Shown: positions 28,667 to 38,711 of the stretch, one piece after another
How positions within the stretch are numbered: the stretch's first letter is position 1
How the letters are laid out: every line of letters begins with the position of its first letter
Assembly (NCBI GenBank): GCA_051002235.1
Contig: JBPCMN010000023.1
Span: 1,999 to 65,998, forward strand
Reading direction: 5' to 3'
DNA from: Acidimicrobiia bacterium
GTDB lineage: Bacteria; Actinomycetota; Acidimicrobiia; IMCC26256; JACDBD01
DNA length: 64,000 nt
Program-made: the position numbers and the translations under genes
Notes under the pieces: model-generated
Database searches by the model: none
What the model was told of the DNA's origin: nothing
Seen by the model: the letters and a program-made list of their open reading frames with translations, nothing else

Positions 28667-28933
28667 CTGTCAACCGCCTCTCGGGAGCGCTGTCGGCGTC
28701 CTACCGGGGGGACATCCTGCAAACTTCTTCGTTGCGCAGGTTGGCTCCGGACGTCGGTTTCACTCCCAGTGTATTCGGTCGGGGGTCCGCTTCCCCGACG
28801 CACCATTTGGGTCCCTTCCCCCTGATCGGTCGGCCGACCCCCCATCTGTAGGGGTGCGGAAGCGAGGAGTCCCGGAAGGTAGTACGACACCTCCGGTTTG
28901 GGGATTGTTCCCAGCGGCCCGTAACGTCGCCTT

Positions 28934-29911
28934 ATGAAACTGGCCGAGACCCTCCGGCTCGAGCCCCTCGGTGGGGACCTGGCCCGGGTCGAGGCCGAGC
29001 TCGGCGAGGCTGTCCGCCACCAGGACCGGTTCCTCGGTGACGTCGCGTCGCACCTGGTCGGAGCGGGCGGGAAGCGGGTGCGTCCCACCCTCGCGCTGGG
29101 CGCGGCCTACGCCGCCACCGACGCCGACGGCCCCGCCACCGCCGAAGCCGTGACCGGCGCGGTGGCGGTCGAGCTGGTGCATCTCGGCTCGCTGTACCAC
29201 GACGACGTCATCGACGAAGCCGAGACCCGGCGGGGCGTGCCGAGCGTCAACGCCCGCTGGAGCAACATCGTGGCGATCCTCTCCGGCGATTTCCTCCTCG
29301 CCCGGGCGTCCTCATTGGCGGCCTCGCTCGGTGCCGACGTCGCCGGTCTGCTGGCCGACACGATCGGCGAGCTGTGCCGAGGCCAGGTGCTGGAGCTCCA
29401 GCACCTCTTCGACGTCGACCGCTCCGAGGAGGGGTACGCGTCGGCCATCGAAGGCAAGACCGCCTCCCTCTTCGCGGCCTCGTGCCGGATCGGGGGCATG
29501 GTCACCGGGGCCGACGAGCCCGGCCTCGACGCCCTCACCCGCTACGGCCACCACCTCGGCCTCTGCTTCCAGATCGTCGACGACGTGCTCGACATCACCG
29601 CCACCGACGACGCCCTGGGCAAGCCCGCGGGCCAGGACCTCGTCGAGGGCGTGTACACCCTGCCGGTCATCTACGCGCTGTCGGACTCGGTTCCGTTGCG
29701 CGAGCTCCTGGCCCAGCCGCTCGACCCCGAACGCCTCGCCGAGGCGCGCCGGCTGGCGACGACGAACGGCGCGGTCGACGCCGCCCTCGGCGTCGCCCGC
29801 GACCACGCGGCCAAGGCCGGCGACGCGCTCGCCGGCGCCGAGGGCCTCGACCCGGACGTATGCGGCGCGCTCTCCCGCTTGGTGGGCGGGCTGGTCGAGC
29901 GCGACTCGTAG
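28934..29911 (+). CDS. Polyprenyl diphosphate synthase (trans-IPPS family)
   Basis: First and second Asp-rich motifs LYHDDVIDEAETRRG and FQIVDDVLD. Confidence 0.85.
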   Translation: MKLAETLRLEPLGGDLARVEAELGEAVRHQDRFLGDVASHLVGAGGKRVRPTLALGAAYAATDADGPATAEAVTGAVAVELVHLGSLYHDDVIDEAETRRGVPSVNARWSNIVAILSGDFLLARASSLAASLGADVAGLLADTIGELCRGQVLELQHLFDVDRSEEGYASAIEGKTASLFAASCRIGGMVTGADEPGLDALTRYGHHLGLCFQIVDDVLDITATDDALGKPAGQDLVEGVYTLPVIYALSDSVPLRELLAQPLDPERLAEARRLATTNGAVDAALGVARDHAAKAGDALAGAEGLDPDVCGALSRLVGGLVERDS

Positions 29912-30766
29912 CTACGCGGTTTCGGCGGCCTCGTCGAGCGCGCTGCCGGTAGCGTCGGTGGTCTGGTCGAGAAAGGCGAGCACGGCGGCGTTGAACGCGT
30001 TCGGCGACTCGGCCATGAGCCCGTGGGCGGCGCCCCGCAGCTCGACCAGGCGGGCGTGGGGGATCATCTCGGCCAGCTCCTCGGCGTCGCCGATCGGGGT
30101 GAGCGCGTCCTGCGAGCCGGTGATCACGAGCGTCGGCACTTGCACGTTCACGAGCTCGAAGCGCAGGTCGTCGGGGGCGGCGAGGATGGCCTGCACCTGG
30201 GCGGCGAAGGTTTCGGGCTGCGCCTGAATCACGATTCGGGCCAGGAGGTTGAGCCACATCCCGAAGCGCTTCCGGAGACGGGGCCCGATGAGCCAGCGCA
30301 GCGCGTCGCCGCCGAGCGCGCCCATCCCACCGGCCTGCACCCGGTCGGCCCACTCCTGGAGCACCTCGCGGCGCCACTGGTGGTGCCGGCACGAGGTGCA
30401 CGCGAGCACCAATGACCGCACCCTCTCCGGATGGAGCACGGCCAGGATCTGGGCGATGACTCCGCCCATCGACGCGCCGACCACGTGGGCGCTGTCGATC
30501 CCCTCGGCGTCGAGCACCGCCAGGGCGTCGCGACCCATCTGACCGAGGTCGTAGGGGCCGGGCGGCTTCCCAGATCGGCCCACGCCGCGGTTGTCGGGGG
30601 CGAAGCAGCGGTAGCGGCGGCCGAACGCCATCCGCTGGAGGGCCCAGCCGCGCGAGTCGGTCCCGAGGCCCTGGATGAGGAGAACGGGCTCGCCGCCGCG
30701 TCGGCCCCAGACGTCGTAGGCGATCTCGACGCCGTCCTCCGCCAGCACCTTCTTGATCGGGCTCAT
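29912..30766 (-). CDS. Alpha/beta hydrolase
   Basis: GEPVLLIQGLGTDSRGW, nucleophile elbow VVGASMGG, and C-terminal AAHGLM. Confidence 0.8.
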   Translation of the reverse strand: MSPIKKVLAEDGVEIAYDVWGRRGGEPVLLIQGLGTDSRGWALQRMAFGRRYRCFAPDNRGVGRSGKPPGPYDLGQMGRDALAVLDAEGIDSAHVVGASMGGVIAQILAVLHPERVRSLVLACTSCRHHQWRREVLQEWADRVQAGGMGALGGDALRWLIGPRLRKRFGMWLNLLARIVIQAQPETFAAQVQAILAAPDDLRFELVNVQVPTLVITGSQDALTPIGDAEELAEMIPHARLVELRGAAHGLMAESPNAFNAAVLAFLDQTTDATGSALDEAAETA

Positions 30767-30848
30767 CGCCGCCGCTTCCTCGCGCGAGCGTTCTGCTCGC
30801 GTTCGTGCAACGAAGCTACCCGTTGTTCACCACCCGGCGGTGTAATCG

Positions 30849-31550
30849 TCAGGCGCGGGCTAGGAGCCAGCGCACCGAGTCGCGGACCCGCTCGGCGAGC
30901 TCGGCCGCGACCAGGGCATCGCCGGGGACGGCGTCGGTCTCGGTCTCGACCATCTCGCCCACGATGACGCGCCACGCCCGCAGTGGGAGGCCCACCGGAC
31001 CGCCCGGCAGCACCACGATCGGGATCACCGGGAAGCCGAGGATCGCCGCCAGCAACGCGCGCGGTGGCTCGCCCGCACCCGGTCGCAGCCAGGTCGGAGC
31101 GAGGGGCGCGGCCGCCAGGTGGCCGGCGCGGAGCAGGGCGGCGACGTCGTCGGGGCGTCCGCCCAACGCGCCGAGCTTGCGCGCCACCGGCCCGACCACG
31201 GGCAGGTCGGGCGCGCCGATGATGCGGACCCGCCGGCCCGTCACCTCGCGCACCGCGATCGCGAGCGCGGCCGGCTCGAGCAGTCCGAGGCCGCGGTTGG
31301 CGACGAGCAGAGCGCCGCCGACTTCGGGAAGGCGCTCGCCGTGCTCGACCCGCACGCGCACGGCGCCGCGAACCGGCGCCGCCAACAGATCCATGAGCTG
31401 GGGATCGCCGCCGAACGGGTCGATCGGGTAGCGCCCGCCGAGACGGCGCCGCGCGACCGCGAGGAGCGACTCGGCCCCGTGCACCCGGTCGGCGTCGATG
31501 CCGTGATCGCCGACGGCGGTGTCGGCGACCGCCACCGGGACGCCGGTCAC
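30849..31550 (-). CDS. PlsC-like acyltransferase-fold protein with a degenerate catalytic motif
   Basis: Start set at GTG 31548-31550 (GTGA overlap with the epimerase stop). Family-like GGALLVANRGLGLLEP occupies the position of the canonical ...ANH....D motif, with His replaced by Arg. Confidence 0.5.
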   Translation of the reverse strand: MTGVPVAVADTAVGDHGIDADRVHGAESLLAVARRRLGGRYPIDPFGGDPQLMDLLAAPVRGAVRVRVEHGERLPEVGGALLVANRGLGLLEPAALAIAVREVTGRRVRIIGAPDLPVVGPVARKLGALGGRPDDVAALLRAGHLAAAPLAPTWLRPGAGEPPRALLAAILGFPVIPIVVLPGGPVGLPLRAWRVIVGEMVETETDAVPGDALVAAELAERVRDSVRWLLARA

Positions 31551-32512
31551 GCGACCTCCTCGCGCGAAACGGTGAGCGGCGTGACCGTGGCCCACTCGAA
31601 GAGCTCGGCGAGCACGTCCTGGGTAGGACGGAGGTCGGACAGGCCGAGCGCGTCGATCGCGCGGCTCCCGTCACCGGCACGGCCGTAGCGCATGAGCTCG
31701 AGCACATGCTCGGGCACCGGCGCGCCGGCGATCTCCGCCACCCGCCGGGCGACCTCCCACGCCGGTCCGGTCACAGGAATGGGCACCCGTCCTCCCAGCC
31801 GGACCGCCTGCCACGGGCTCGCCGCGCCCGGACCGACCACGTTGACGGGCCCGTCGTACCCGCGGACCAGCGCTTCGACAAACGCCTGGGCCGCGTCCAT
31901 CTGGTGGAGCACGCTGAAGCCGGGGTCGGCGAAGGCGGGGACGGGGACCGCCGGCAACCGCAACATCCGCCCGAGCGGACTCGGGACGTGTGAACCGACA
32001 ACCGGTGCGAGCCGCAGGGCCGCGACCGGGACGTCGTGGTGGCGGCCCAGGGCGACCGCGGCCGTCTCGACGTCGAGGCAGCTGCGGCCGTACGCGGAGG
32101 TCGGCGCGGGAGTGGCGTCCTCCGCCGGCACGAGCGGCCGCCCGCGACCCCGTCCGTACACCTCGAGACCGCTGCGCACGACGACGCGCTCGAGCTTGCC
32201 GGTCCGGGTCGCCGCGCCGAGCACGGCGGTGGTGCACGCCTCGGTCAGCTCGCGGGCGTCACGGGGCCCGACCCGCGAGTCGGGCTCGTAGACGCCGTAG
32301 TGCGCGACCGCGCTCGGGGCGAAGTCGGTCACGAAGTCGACCAGCCGGTCCCGGTCACGCGGGTCGATACGGGTGAACTCGCTGCGCCGCAACCGCCGGC
32401 GCGGTGGATCGATGTCGGTTCCGACGATCTCGGCGACGTCGTCGCGCGCCTCGAGGAGCTGGGCCAGGCGCGTGCCCAACTCGCCGCCGAGACCGGTGAT
32501 CAGGACACGCAT
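31547..32512 (-). CDS. NAD-dependent epimerase/dehydratase family protein
   Basis: Track ORF 31547..33100 trimmed to MRVLITGLGGELGTRLAQLL (Rossmann GxxGxxG). The upstream part of the track ORF overlaps lysS out of frame. Confidence 0.75.
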   Translation of the reverse strand: MRVLITGLGGELGTRLAQLLEARDDVAEIVGTDIDPPRRRLRRSEFTRIDPRDRDRLVDFVTDFAPSAVAHYGVYEPDSRVGPRDARELTEACTTAVLGAATRTGKLERVVVRSGLEVYGRGRGRPLVPAEDATPAPTSAYGRSCLDVETAAVALGRHHDVPVAALRLAPVVGSHVPSPLGRMLRLPAVPVPAFADPGFSVLHQMDAAQAFVEALVRGYDGPVNVVGPGAASPWQAVRLGGRVPIPVTGPAWEVARRVAEIAGAPVPEHVLELMRYGRAGDGSRAIDALGLSDLRPTQDVLAELFEWATVTPLTVSREEVA

Positions 32513-32522
32513 CACAAAGACG

Positions 32523-34013
32523 CTAATCCGCCTCCGGGCGGAGGTGAGGAAACAAGATGACCTCGCGGATCGCGCTGACGCCGGCCAGCAACATCGCGAG
32601 GCGGTCGATACCGATCCCGAGGCCGCCGCACGGCGGCAGTCCGTACTCGAGGGCGCGGATGTAGTCATGGTCGAAGCCATGGGCCTCGACGTCTCCCTTG
32701 GCGGCCAGCTCGGCCTGGGCCTCGAATCGCTCGCGCTGATCGACGGGATCGTTGAGCTCGCTGAACGCGTTGCCCAGCTCGAATCCGCGCACGACCGGCT
32801 CGAACCGCTCGACGAGCGTCGGGTCGTCGCGATGCACCCGGGCGAGGGGCGAAACGTCCCGTGGGTAGTCGAGCACGAACACCGGGCCGACGAGCTTCGA
32901 CTCGGTCGTCTTCTCGTAGATCTCCATGACGAGCTTGCCGGGATCCCAGCCTCGTTCGCGGGGGACTTCGAGGTCGTCGCAGACGCGCTCGAGCTTCTCG
33001 ATCGGCATCCCCGGGTGCACCTCGGCACCGGCGTGCTCGCGGATGAGGTCGAGCATCGTGCGTCGCTCCCACGGCGGGGTGAGATCGACGCGCTGCCCAT
33101 CGGTCTCCACGACGGTTCCGCCGATCGACTCGCGGGCGGCGTAGGCGACCATTTCCTCGGTGATGGTCATCATCTCCGTGTAGTCCACGAACGCCTCGTA
33201 GAGCTCGAGCATCGTGAACTCGGGCTGCCACCGCCAGCCCAGCCCTTCGTTGCGGAACACCCGGCCGATCTCGAACACCTTCTCGAACCCACCGACGAGC
33301 AGACGCTTCAACGGCAGCTCGAGCGCGATGCGCAGATAGAGGTCGATGTCGAGGGCGTTGTGGTGGGTCACGAACGGCTCCGCCGCCGCCCCACCGGGGA
33401 CGGCGTGCAGCACGGGCGTCTCGACCTCGACGAACCCGCGCTCGGTCAGGAAACGGCGGATGGCAGCGACGGCAGCGAAGCGGATGTCGAACACACGGCG
33501 GGCGTCGTCGTTGGCGATGAGGTCGACGTACCGCTGACGGAAGCGGGTGTCGACATCGGCGAGCCCGTGCCACTTGTCGGGAAGCGGCCGGAGGGCTTTG
33601 GAGAGGAGCGTGAACGCGGTGACCTTGACCGACAGCTCGCCCCGCTTGGTCTTCATGGGCGCGCCTTCGACGCCGACCCAATCACCCAGGTCGAGCTGGT
33701 CGAACTCGTTGTGCCCCGCCTCACCCAGGCCGTCGTCCGACACGAAGAGCTGGACGCTGCCGGTTCCGTCGCGCATGGTGGCGAACGTGAGCTTTCCCTG
33801 CCGGCGGATCAGCATGAGCCGACCGGCTACCCGCTCGGGCGCGTCGAGCTCCTGGCCGGCTTCGAGCTGAGCGTCGTAGCGGTCGCGGAGCTCGGCCACG
33901 GTGAGCGTGCGGTCGAAGCGCACCGGGTAGGGGTCGACGCCGCGCGCACGGAGCGCCTCGACCTTGGCCAGCCGCTGCGCCCGCTGGTCGGCGGGCGGCT
34001 CCGCCGCGCTCAT
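32523..34013 (-). CDS. lysS: Lysine--tRNA ligase (class II)
   Basis: Track ORF 32523..34829 trimmed to MSAAEPPADQRAQRLAKVEALRARGVDPYP... It has class II motifs (FRNEG, GGLGIGIDRL) and an ATGA overlap with the coaX stop. Confidence 0.95.
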   Translation of the reverse strand: MSAAEPPADQRAQRLAKVEALRARGVDPYPVRFDRTLTVAELRDRYDAQLEAGQELDAPERVAGRLMLIRRQGKLTFATMRDGTGSVQLFVSDDGLGEAGHNEFDQLDLGDWVGVEGAPMKTKRGELSVKVTAFTLLSKALRPLPDKWHGLADVDTRFRQRYVDLIANDDARRVFDIRFAAVAAIRRFLTERGFVEVETPVLHAVPGGAAAEPFVTHHNALDIDLYLRIALELPLKRLLVGGFEKVFEIGRVFRNEGLGWRWQPEFTMLELYEAFVDYTEMMTITEEMVAYAARESIGGTVVETDGQRVDLTPPWERRTMLDLIREHAGAEVHPGMPIEKLERVCDDLEVPRERGWDPGKLVMEIYEKTTESKLVGPVFVLDYPRDVSPLARVHRDDPTLVERFEPVVRGFELGNAFSELNDPVDQRERFEAQAELAAKGDVEAHGFDHDYIRALEYGLPPCGGLGIGIDRLAMLLAGVSAIREVILFPHLRPEAD

Positions 34014-34774
34014 TGATTCCGCTCGAAGACGATGCGCAGGCCGTGGAGGGTGAGCCAGGGCTCGTGGTGCTGGATCGTGCGCGAGAACTGCATGATCAGC
34101 TCGGCCTGCCCCCCAGTGGTGACGACGGTGCACTCTCCCAGCTCGGACTTGAACCGGTCGACCACCGCGTCGACCTGCCCGGAGAAGCCGTAGATCGCGC
34201 CCGACTGGAGCGACTCCATCGTCGACTTGCCGATCACGTTCTTGGGCGGCACCAGCTCGACCCGGCGCAGCAACGCCGCCCGGGCGAACAGAGCGTCCAT
34301 CGCGATCTCGATGCCGGGGAAGATCGCGCCTCCGAGGTACTCGCCCTTCTCGCTGATCGCGTCGACGGTGTTGGCGGTGCCGAAGTCGACGACGATCGAC
34401 GGGCCGCCGTAGAGGTCGTAGGCGCCGACCGCGTTGGCGATGCGGTCGGGACCGACCTCCTTCGGATTGTCGTAGAGAATCGGCATGCCCGTACGGGTGC
34501 CGGGCTCGAGCACGAGCGGCTCGAAGCCGAAGTAGCGCTCGGTCATCTCGCGTAGCGCGGCGGTAACCGGCGGGACGCCCGACGCGATCGCCACGCCCGA
34601 GATCTGGGATTCGAACGAGAACCCGTGGAAGCCGAGGAACTGCTGGATCATGAGCGCGAGCTCGTCGGAGGTGCGCTCCGCCAGCGACGCGATGCGCCAA
34701 TGGTCGGCGAGGTCCTTGTCGTCGTACAGCCCGATCACGGTCTGGGTGTTGCCGGCATCGATCGCAAGCAGCAT
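34010..34774 (-). CDS. coaX: Type III pantothenate kinase
   Basis: MLLAIDAGNTQTVIGL... and VVDFGTANT are CoaX signatures. Confidence 0.9.
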   Translation of the reverse strand: MLLAIDAGNTQTVIGLYDDKDLADHWRIASLAERTSDELALMIQQFLGFHGFSFESQISGVAIASGVPPVTAALREMTERYFGFEPLVLEPGTRTGMPILYDNPKEVGPDRIANAVGAYDLYGGPSIVVDFGTANTVDAISEKGEYLGGAIFPGIEIAMDALFARAALLRRVELVPPKNVIGKSTMESLQSGAIYGFSGQVDAVVDRFKSELGECTVVTTGGQAELIMQFSRTIQHHEPWLTLHGLRIVFERNQ

Positions 34775-34798
34775 GGGTCAGGTACCTGCCATCCCCTG

Positions 34799-34871
34799 AC
34801 GAGGGGGCCGGGTCCCCCGGCCCCCGCATCGCCAGGATTGTGCGGGAGCGGCGAGCGAAGCGAGCGCGACC
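34799..34871 (-). repeat. Intergenic repeat family 1, copy B (between the nadC stop and the coaX start)
   Basis: The reverse complement reads GGTCGCGCTCGCTTCGCTCGCCGCTCCCGCACAATCCTG...GGGGGCCGGGggaCCCGGCCCCCTCGT. The hairpin stem is 34803-34812 / 34816-34825. Confidence 0.85.
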
Positions 34872-34872
34872 A

Positions 34873-35715
34873 TTAGAGGAGGTCCAGAGCGATGTCGAGG
34901 ACGGGCGCGGAGTGGGTGATCGCGCCGACGGAGACGAAGTCGGCGCCGGCCTCGGCGTAGGCGCGGACGGTCTCGAGGGTCACGCCCCCGGACACCTCGA
35001 CCGGGAGCGCGCCGCCCAGCACCGCCACCGCCTCGGTGACCTCGGCCGGCGTCATGTTGTCGAGCAGCACCAGGTCGGGGCCGACCGCCTTGGCCTCGGC
35101 CACCTGGTCGAGCGAGTCGCACTCGACCTCGACCACACGGCCGGGCCAGCGGGCCCGGGCCTGTTCGACCGCGTCGCGCACCGGAAGGTGGGCCAGATGG
35201 TTGTCCTTGATGAGCACGGCGTCGGACAGGGACTCGCGGTGGTTGAACCCGCCACCGGCGCGTACCGCCGCCTTCTCGAGCGCGCGCAGACCCGGGAGGG
35301 TCTTGCGGGTGTCACGGATGCGGGCACTGGTACCGGCCACCGCGTCGACGAACCGTCGGGTCAGGCTGGCGACTCCCGAGCAATGGGTGAGCAGGTTGAG
35401 GGCGGTGCGCTCGGCGACCAGGAGTGAGCGCGCGAGCCCCTCGACCCGGCCGAGCTCGGCACCGTCGTCGACGGTCGCGCCGTCGGTCACCGACCAGGTG
35501 ACACAGACGGTCGGATCGACCTGGGCGAAGGTCTCGGTGGCGGCGGCCGTTCCGGCGATCACGCCGCCGGCGCGGGCTACGAAGCGGCCGGTCCCGGGCG
35601 CGTTCTCGGGCACCACCGCGATCGACGTGAGGTCTCCGAGCGCGCCCAGGTCCTCCTCCAGCGCGCGTTCCACGACGTCGCGCACGACGATCATGGGCGG
35701 GTCGAGATCAGTCAT
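34873..35715 (-). CDS. nadC: Nicotinate-nucleotide pyrophosphorylase (carboxylating)
   Basis: Typical QPRTase pattern: RTALNLL, IRDTRKTLPGLR, KDNH, VEVEC. Confidence 0.9.
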   Translation of the reverse strand: MTDLDPPMIVVRDVVERALEEDLGALGDLTSIAVVPENAPGTGRFVARAGGVIAGTAAATETFAQVDPTVCVTWSVTDGATVDDGAELGRVEGLARSLLVAERTALNLLTHCSGVASLTRRFVDAVAGTSARIRDTRKTLPGLRALEKAAVRAGGGFNHRESLSDAVLIKDNHLAHLPVRDAVEQARARWPGRVVEVECDSLDQVAEAKAVGPDLVLLDNMTPAEVTEAVAVLGGALPVEVSGGVTLETVRAYAEAGADFVSVGAITHSAPVLDIALDLL

Positions 35716-37292
35716 CGGGCGGGCTCGGGGGCGGGAGCGGCGAGGGGGACGAAGCCGGGCTCGCCGCCGGCGAACACGAAGCGGCCCAGGAACTCGCTCG
35801 AGCTCTCGGGAAAGTCGAGGCGGGTGTGCGTCCCGCGCGACTCGAGGCGGACGATGGCGGCACGCACGAGCGCATCGCTGACTGTCATGAGGTTTTGCAC
35901 GTCCGGTGACGAGGGGCCCGGCAGCGTCGCCAGGCCCTTGGCGGCGCGCTCGAGACTGGCAGCGTCGCGCAGCACCCCGGCGTCGCGGTTCATGATCTGC
36001 TGCACGTCGGTGCGGGTGGCATCACCCCGAGCCACCGCGGCCGCCGGCGCGTGCGCACGGGCGGTCACCCCCCGCATCACCCCGGTCGCGTCGGGACCAT
36101 CCTTGCCCGCCTCGATGGCGTCGACGGTGCGCTTGGCGAACACGAGCCCGTCGAGCAGGGAGTTCGAAGCGAGCCGGTTGGCGCCGTGCACGCCCGAGCA
36201 AGCCGCTTCGCCGCAGGCCCACAGCCCCGGCAGCGTGGTCGCGCCGTCGAGGTCGGTGCACACGCCCCCCGACAGGTAATGGGCCGCGGGCGCGACCGGC
36301 AACCAGTCGCGCGTCGGATCGAGGCCCACCTCGTGGCAGGCGTTCGAGATCGTGGGGAACCGCGCTGAGAACCCCTCGATCGAGGTGGCGTCGAGCCAGA
36401 GGTGGTCGAGGCCGCGGTCGATGAGACGACGGGCGATGGCCCGGGCGACGACGTCGCGGGGCGCGAGGTCGCCCAGCGGGTGCTCGTCGGCCATGAACGC
36501 CACCCCGTGCTGGTCGCGCAGCACCGCTCCCTCGCCCCGCAGCGCCTCCGACAGCAACGGCCGGGGCATCGACGGGTGGTGCAGCGCGGTGGGATGGAAC
36601 TGCATGAACTCGACGTCGGCGACGGCCACTCCGGCGCGCAGGGCCATCGCGATGCCGTCGCCGGTGGACAGGGAGGGGTTGGTGGTCACCGCGAAGCACT
36701 GCCCGGCGCCGCCGGTCGCGAGCATCGTGTGGCGGGCGCGCACCTCGACCTCGGCGCCGCTCGGATCGATCGCCCGGACGCCCGCGGCCCGCCCGTCCTC
36801 GACCAGGAGGTCGACCGCCAGCCAGCGCTCGCGTACCTCGGCGGCGGTCGCGGTCGTGGCGTCGACCAGCGCCCGCTCGATCTCGGCGCCGGTGGCGTCG
36901 CCGCCGGCGTGCACGACCCGGGGCACGGAGTGCCCGCCCTCACGGGCAAGGGCGAGGGTGGCCGCCGCGCCGTCACCGGTGCGGTCGAACTCGGCGCCCA
37001 TGGCCATCAGCTCGCGCACCCGGTCGGGGCCCTCGGTGGCGAGGACGCGCACCGCGTCGGCGTCGCACAGGCCCGCGCCGGCGGCGAGGGTGTCGGAGAG
37101 GTGGAGCTCGGGAGAATCGTCGTCGTCGAAGAGCGCGGCCGCGACGCCACCCTGGGCGTAGCGGGTGGCGGAGTGGGCGAGCTCGCCCTTGGTGAGCACG
37201 AGCACCGACTGGCCCGCACTGGCGGCGTGGACCGCGGCCGAGAGGCCGGCAACGCCGCTGCCCAGGACGACGAGATCGAACCCCGCGGGCAT
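35712..37292 (-). CDS. nadB: L-aspartate oxidase
   Basis: FAD motif VVLGSGVAGLSAA, then YAQGG and HPTAL. ATGA overlap with nadC. Confidence 0.9.
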   Translation of the reverse strand: MPAGFDLVVLGSGVAGLSAAVHAASAGQSVLVLTKGELAHSATRYAQGGVAAALFDDDDSPELHLSDTLAAGAGLCDADAVRVLATEGPDRVRELMAMGAEFDRTGDGAAATLALAREGGHSVPRVVHAGGDATGAEIERALVDATTATAAEVRERWLAVDLLVEDGRAAGVRAIDPSGAEVEVRARHTMLATGGAGQCFAVTTNPSLSTGDGIAMALRAGVAVADVEFMQFHPTALHHPSMPRPLLSEALRGEGAVLRDQHGVAFMADEHPLGDLAPRDVVARAIARRLIDRGLDHLWLDATSIEGFSARFPTISNACHEVGLDPTRDWLPVAPAAHYLSGGVCTDLDGATTLPGLWACGEAACSGVHGANRLASNSLLDGLVFAKRTVDAIEAGKDGPDATGVMRGVTARAHAPAAAVARGDATRTDVQQIMNRDAGVLRDAASLERAAKGLATLPGPSSPDVQNLMTVSDALVRAAIVRLESRGTHTRLDFPESSSEFLGRFVFAGGEPGFVPLAAPAPEPAR

Positions 37293-37309
37293 GCTCTATT
37301 GCCTCGCCC

Positions 37310-37345
37310 GCTGCGGCGCAGGATACCTGCGCCGCGAGCGCTCGC
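37310..37345 (+). repeat. Intergenic repeat family 2, copy 1 (palindromic core; probable terminator after panD)
   Basis: GCTGCGGCGCAGGATACCTGCGCCGCGAGCGCTCGC. The hairpin is GCGGCGCAGG-ata-CCTGCGCCGC at 37313-37335. About 31/36 identical to the reverse complement of 52818-52851. Confidence 0.7.
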
Positions 37346-37421
37346 TCGGACGCCAAGTGGATCCAGAAGAGCTTGGTTGTGCCGCTGTCACCACGCCCAG
37401 GCTACCGATCCGCCAATGGAG

Positions 37422-37811
37422 TTACGGCGCCAGTTCGTGCAGCTCCCGGTCGAGGGCCTGGAAGTCCTCGTCGGTCGGGCGGTTGCGCGAGTCGACGTGC
37501 ACGATCTTCGGCTCGTACGACTCCAGCTCGGTCTCGTCGTACTGCGCGTAGGCGATGACGATGATGCGGTCGCCCATGTGGACGAGCCGCGCCGCCGCGC
37601 CGTTGAGGATGGCGTCGCCGGGCTGGCCGCGCATGACATAGGTCTGGAAGCGGGCGCCGTTGTCGATGTCGAGCACGTGGACCTGCTCGTGCTCGAGCAC
37701 GTCGGCGAGCTCCATGAGCCGCGGGCACAGCGTGATCGACCCCACGTAGTTGAGGTCGGCGCCGGTCACCGTGGCCCGGTGGATCTTCGACTTCATCATG
37801 GTGCGATGCAT
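37422..37811 (-). CDS. panD: Aspartate 1-decarboxylase
   Basis: MHRTMMKSKIHRATVTGADLNYVGSITL contains the self-processing Gly-Ser site. Confidence 0.9.
   Translation of the reverse strand: MHRTMMKSKIHRATVTGADLNYVGSITLCPRLMELADVLEHEQVHVLDIDNGARFQTYVMRGQPGDAILNGAAARLVHMGDRIIVIAYAQYDETELESYEPKIVHVDSRNRPTDEDFQALDRELHELAP

Positions 37812-38707
<896 letters not shown>

Positions 38708-38711
<4 letters not shown>

Noticed and set aside
32523-34829. 768-aa track ORF, and likewise 31547..33100 (517 aa), 51688..52989, 52899..53687 and 39593..40186
   Set aside because: These are N-terminal extensions that run through upstream genes in another frame, with Arg/Pro-rich composition. Homology to LysS, the epimerase, HolB, Tmk and FolK begins at internal Met/Val codons that coincide with 4-nt overlaps, so I trimmed them.
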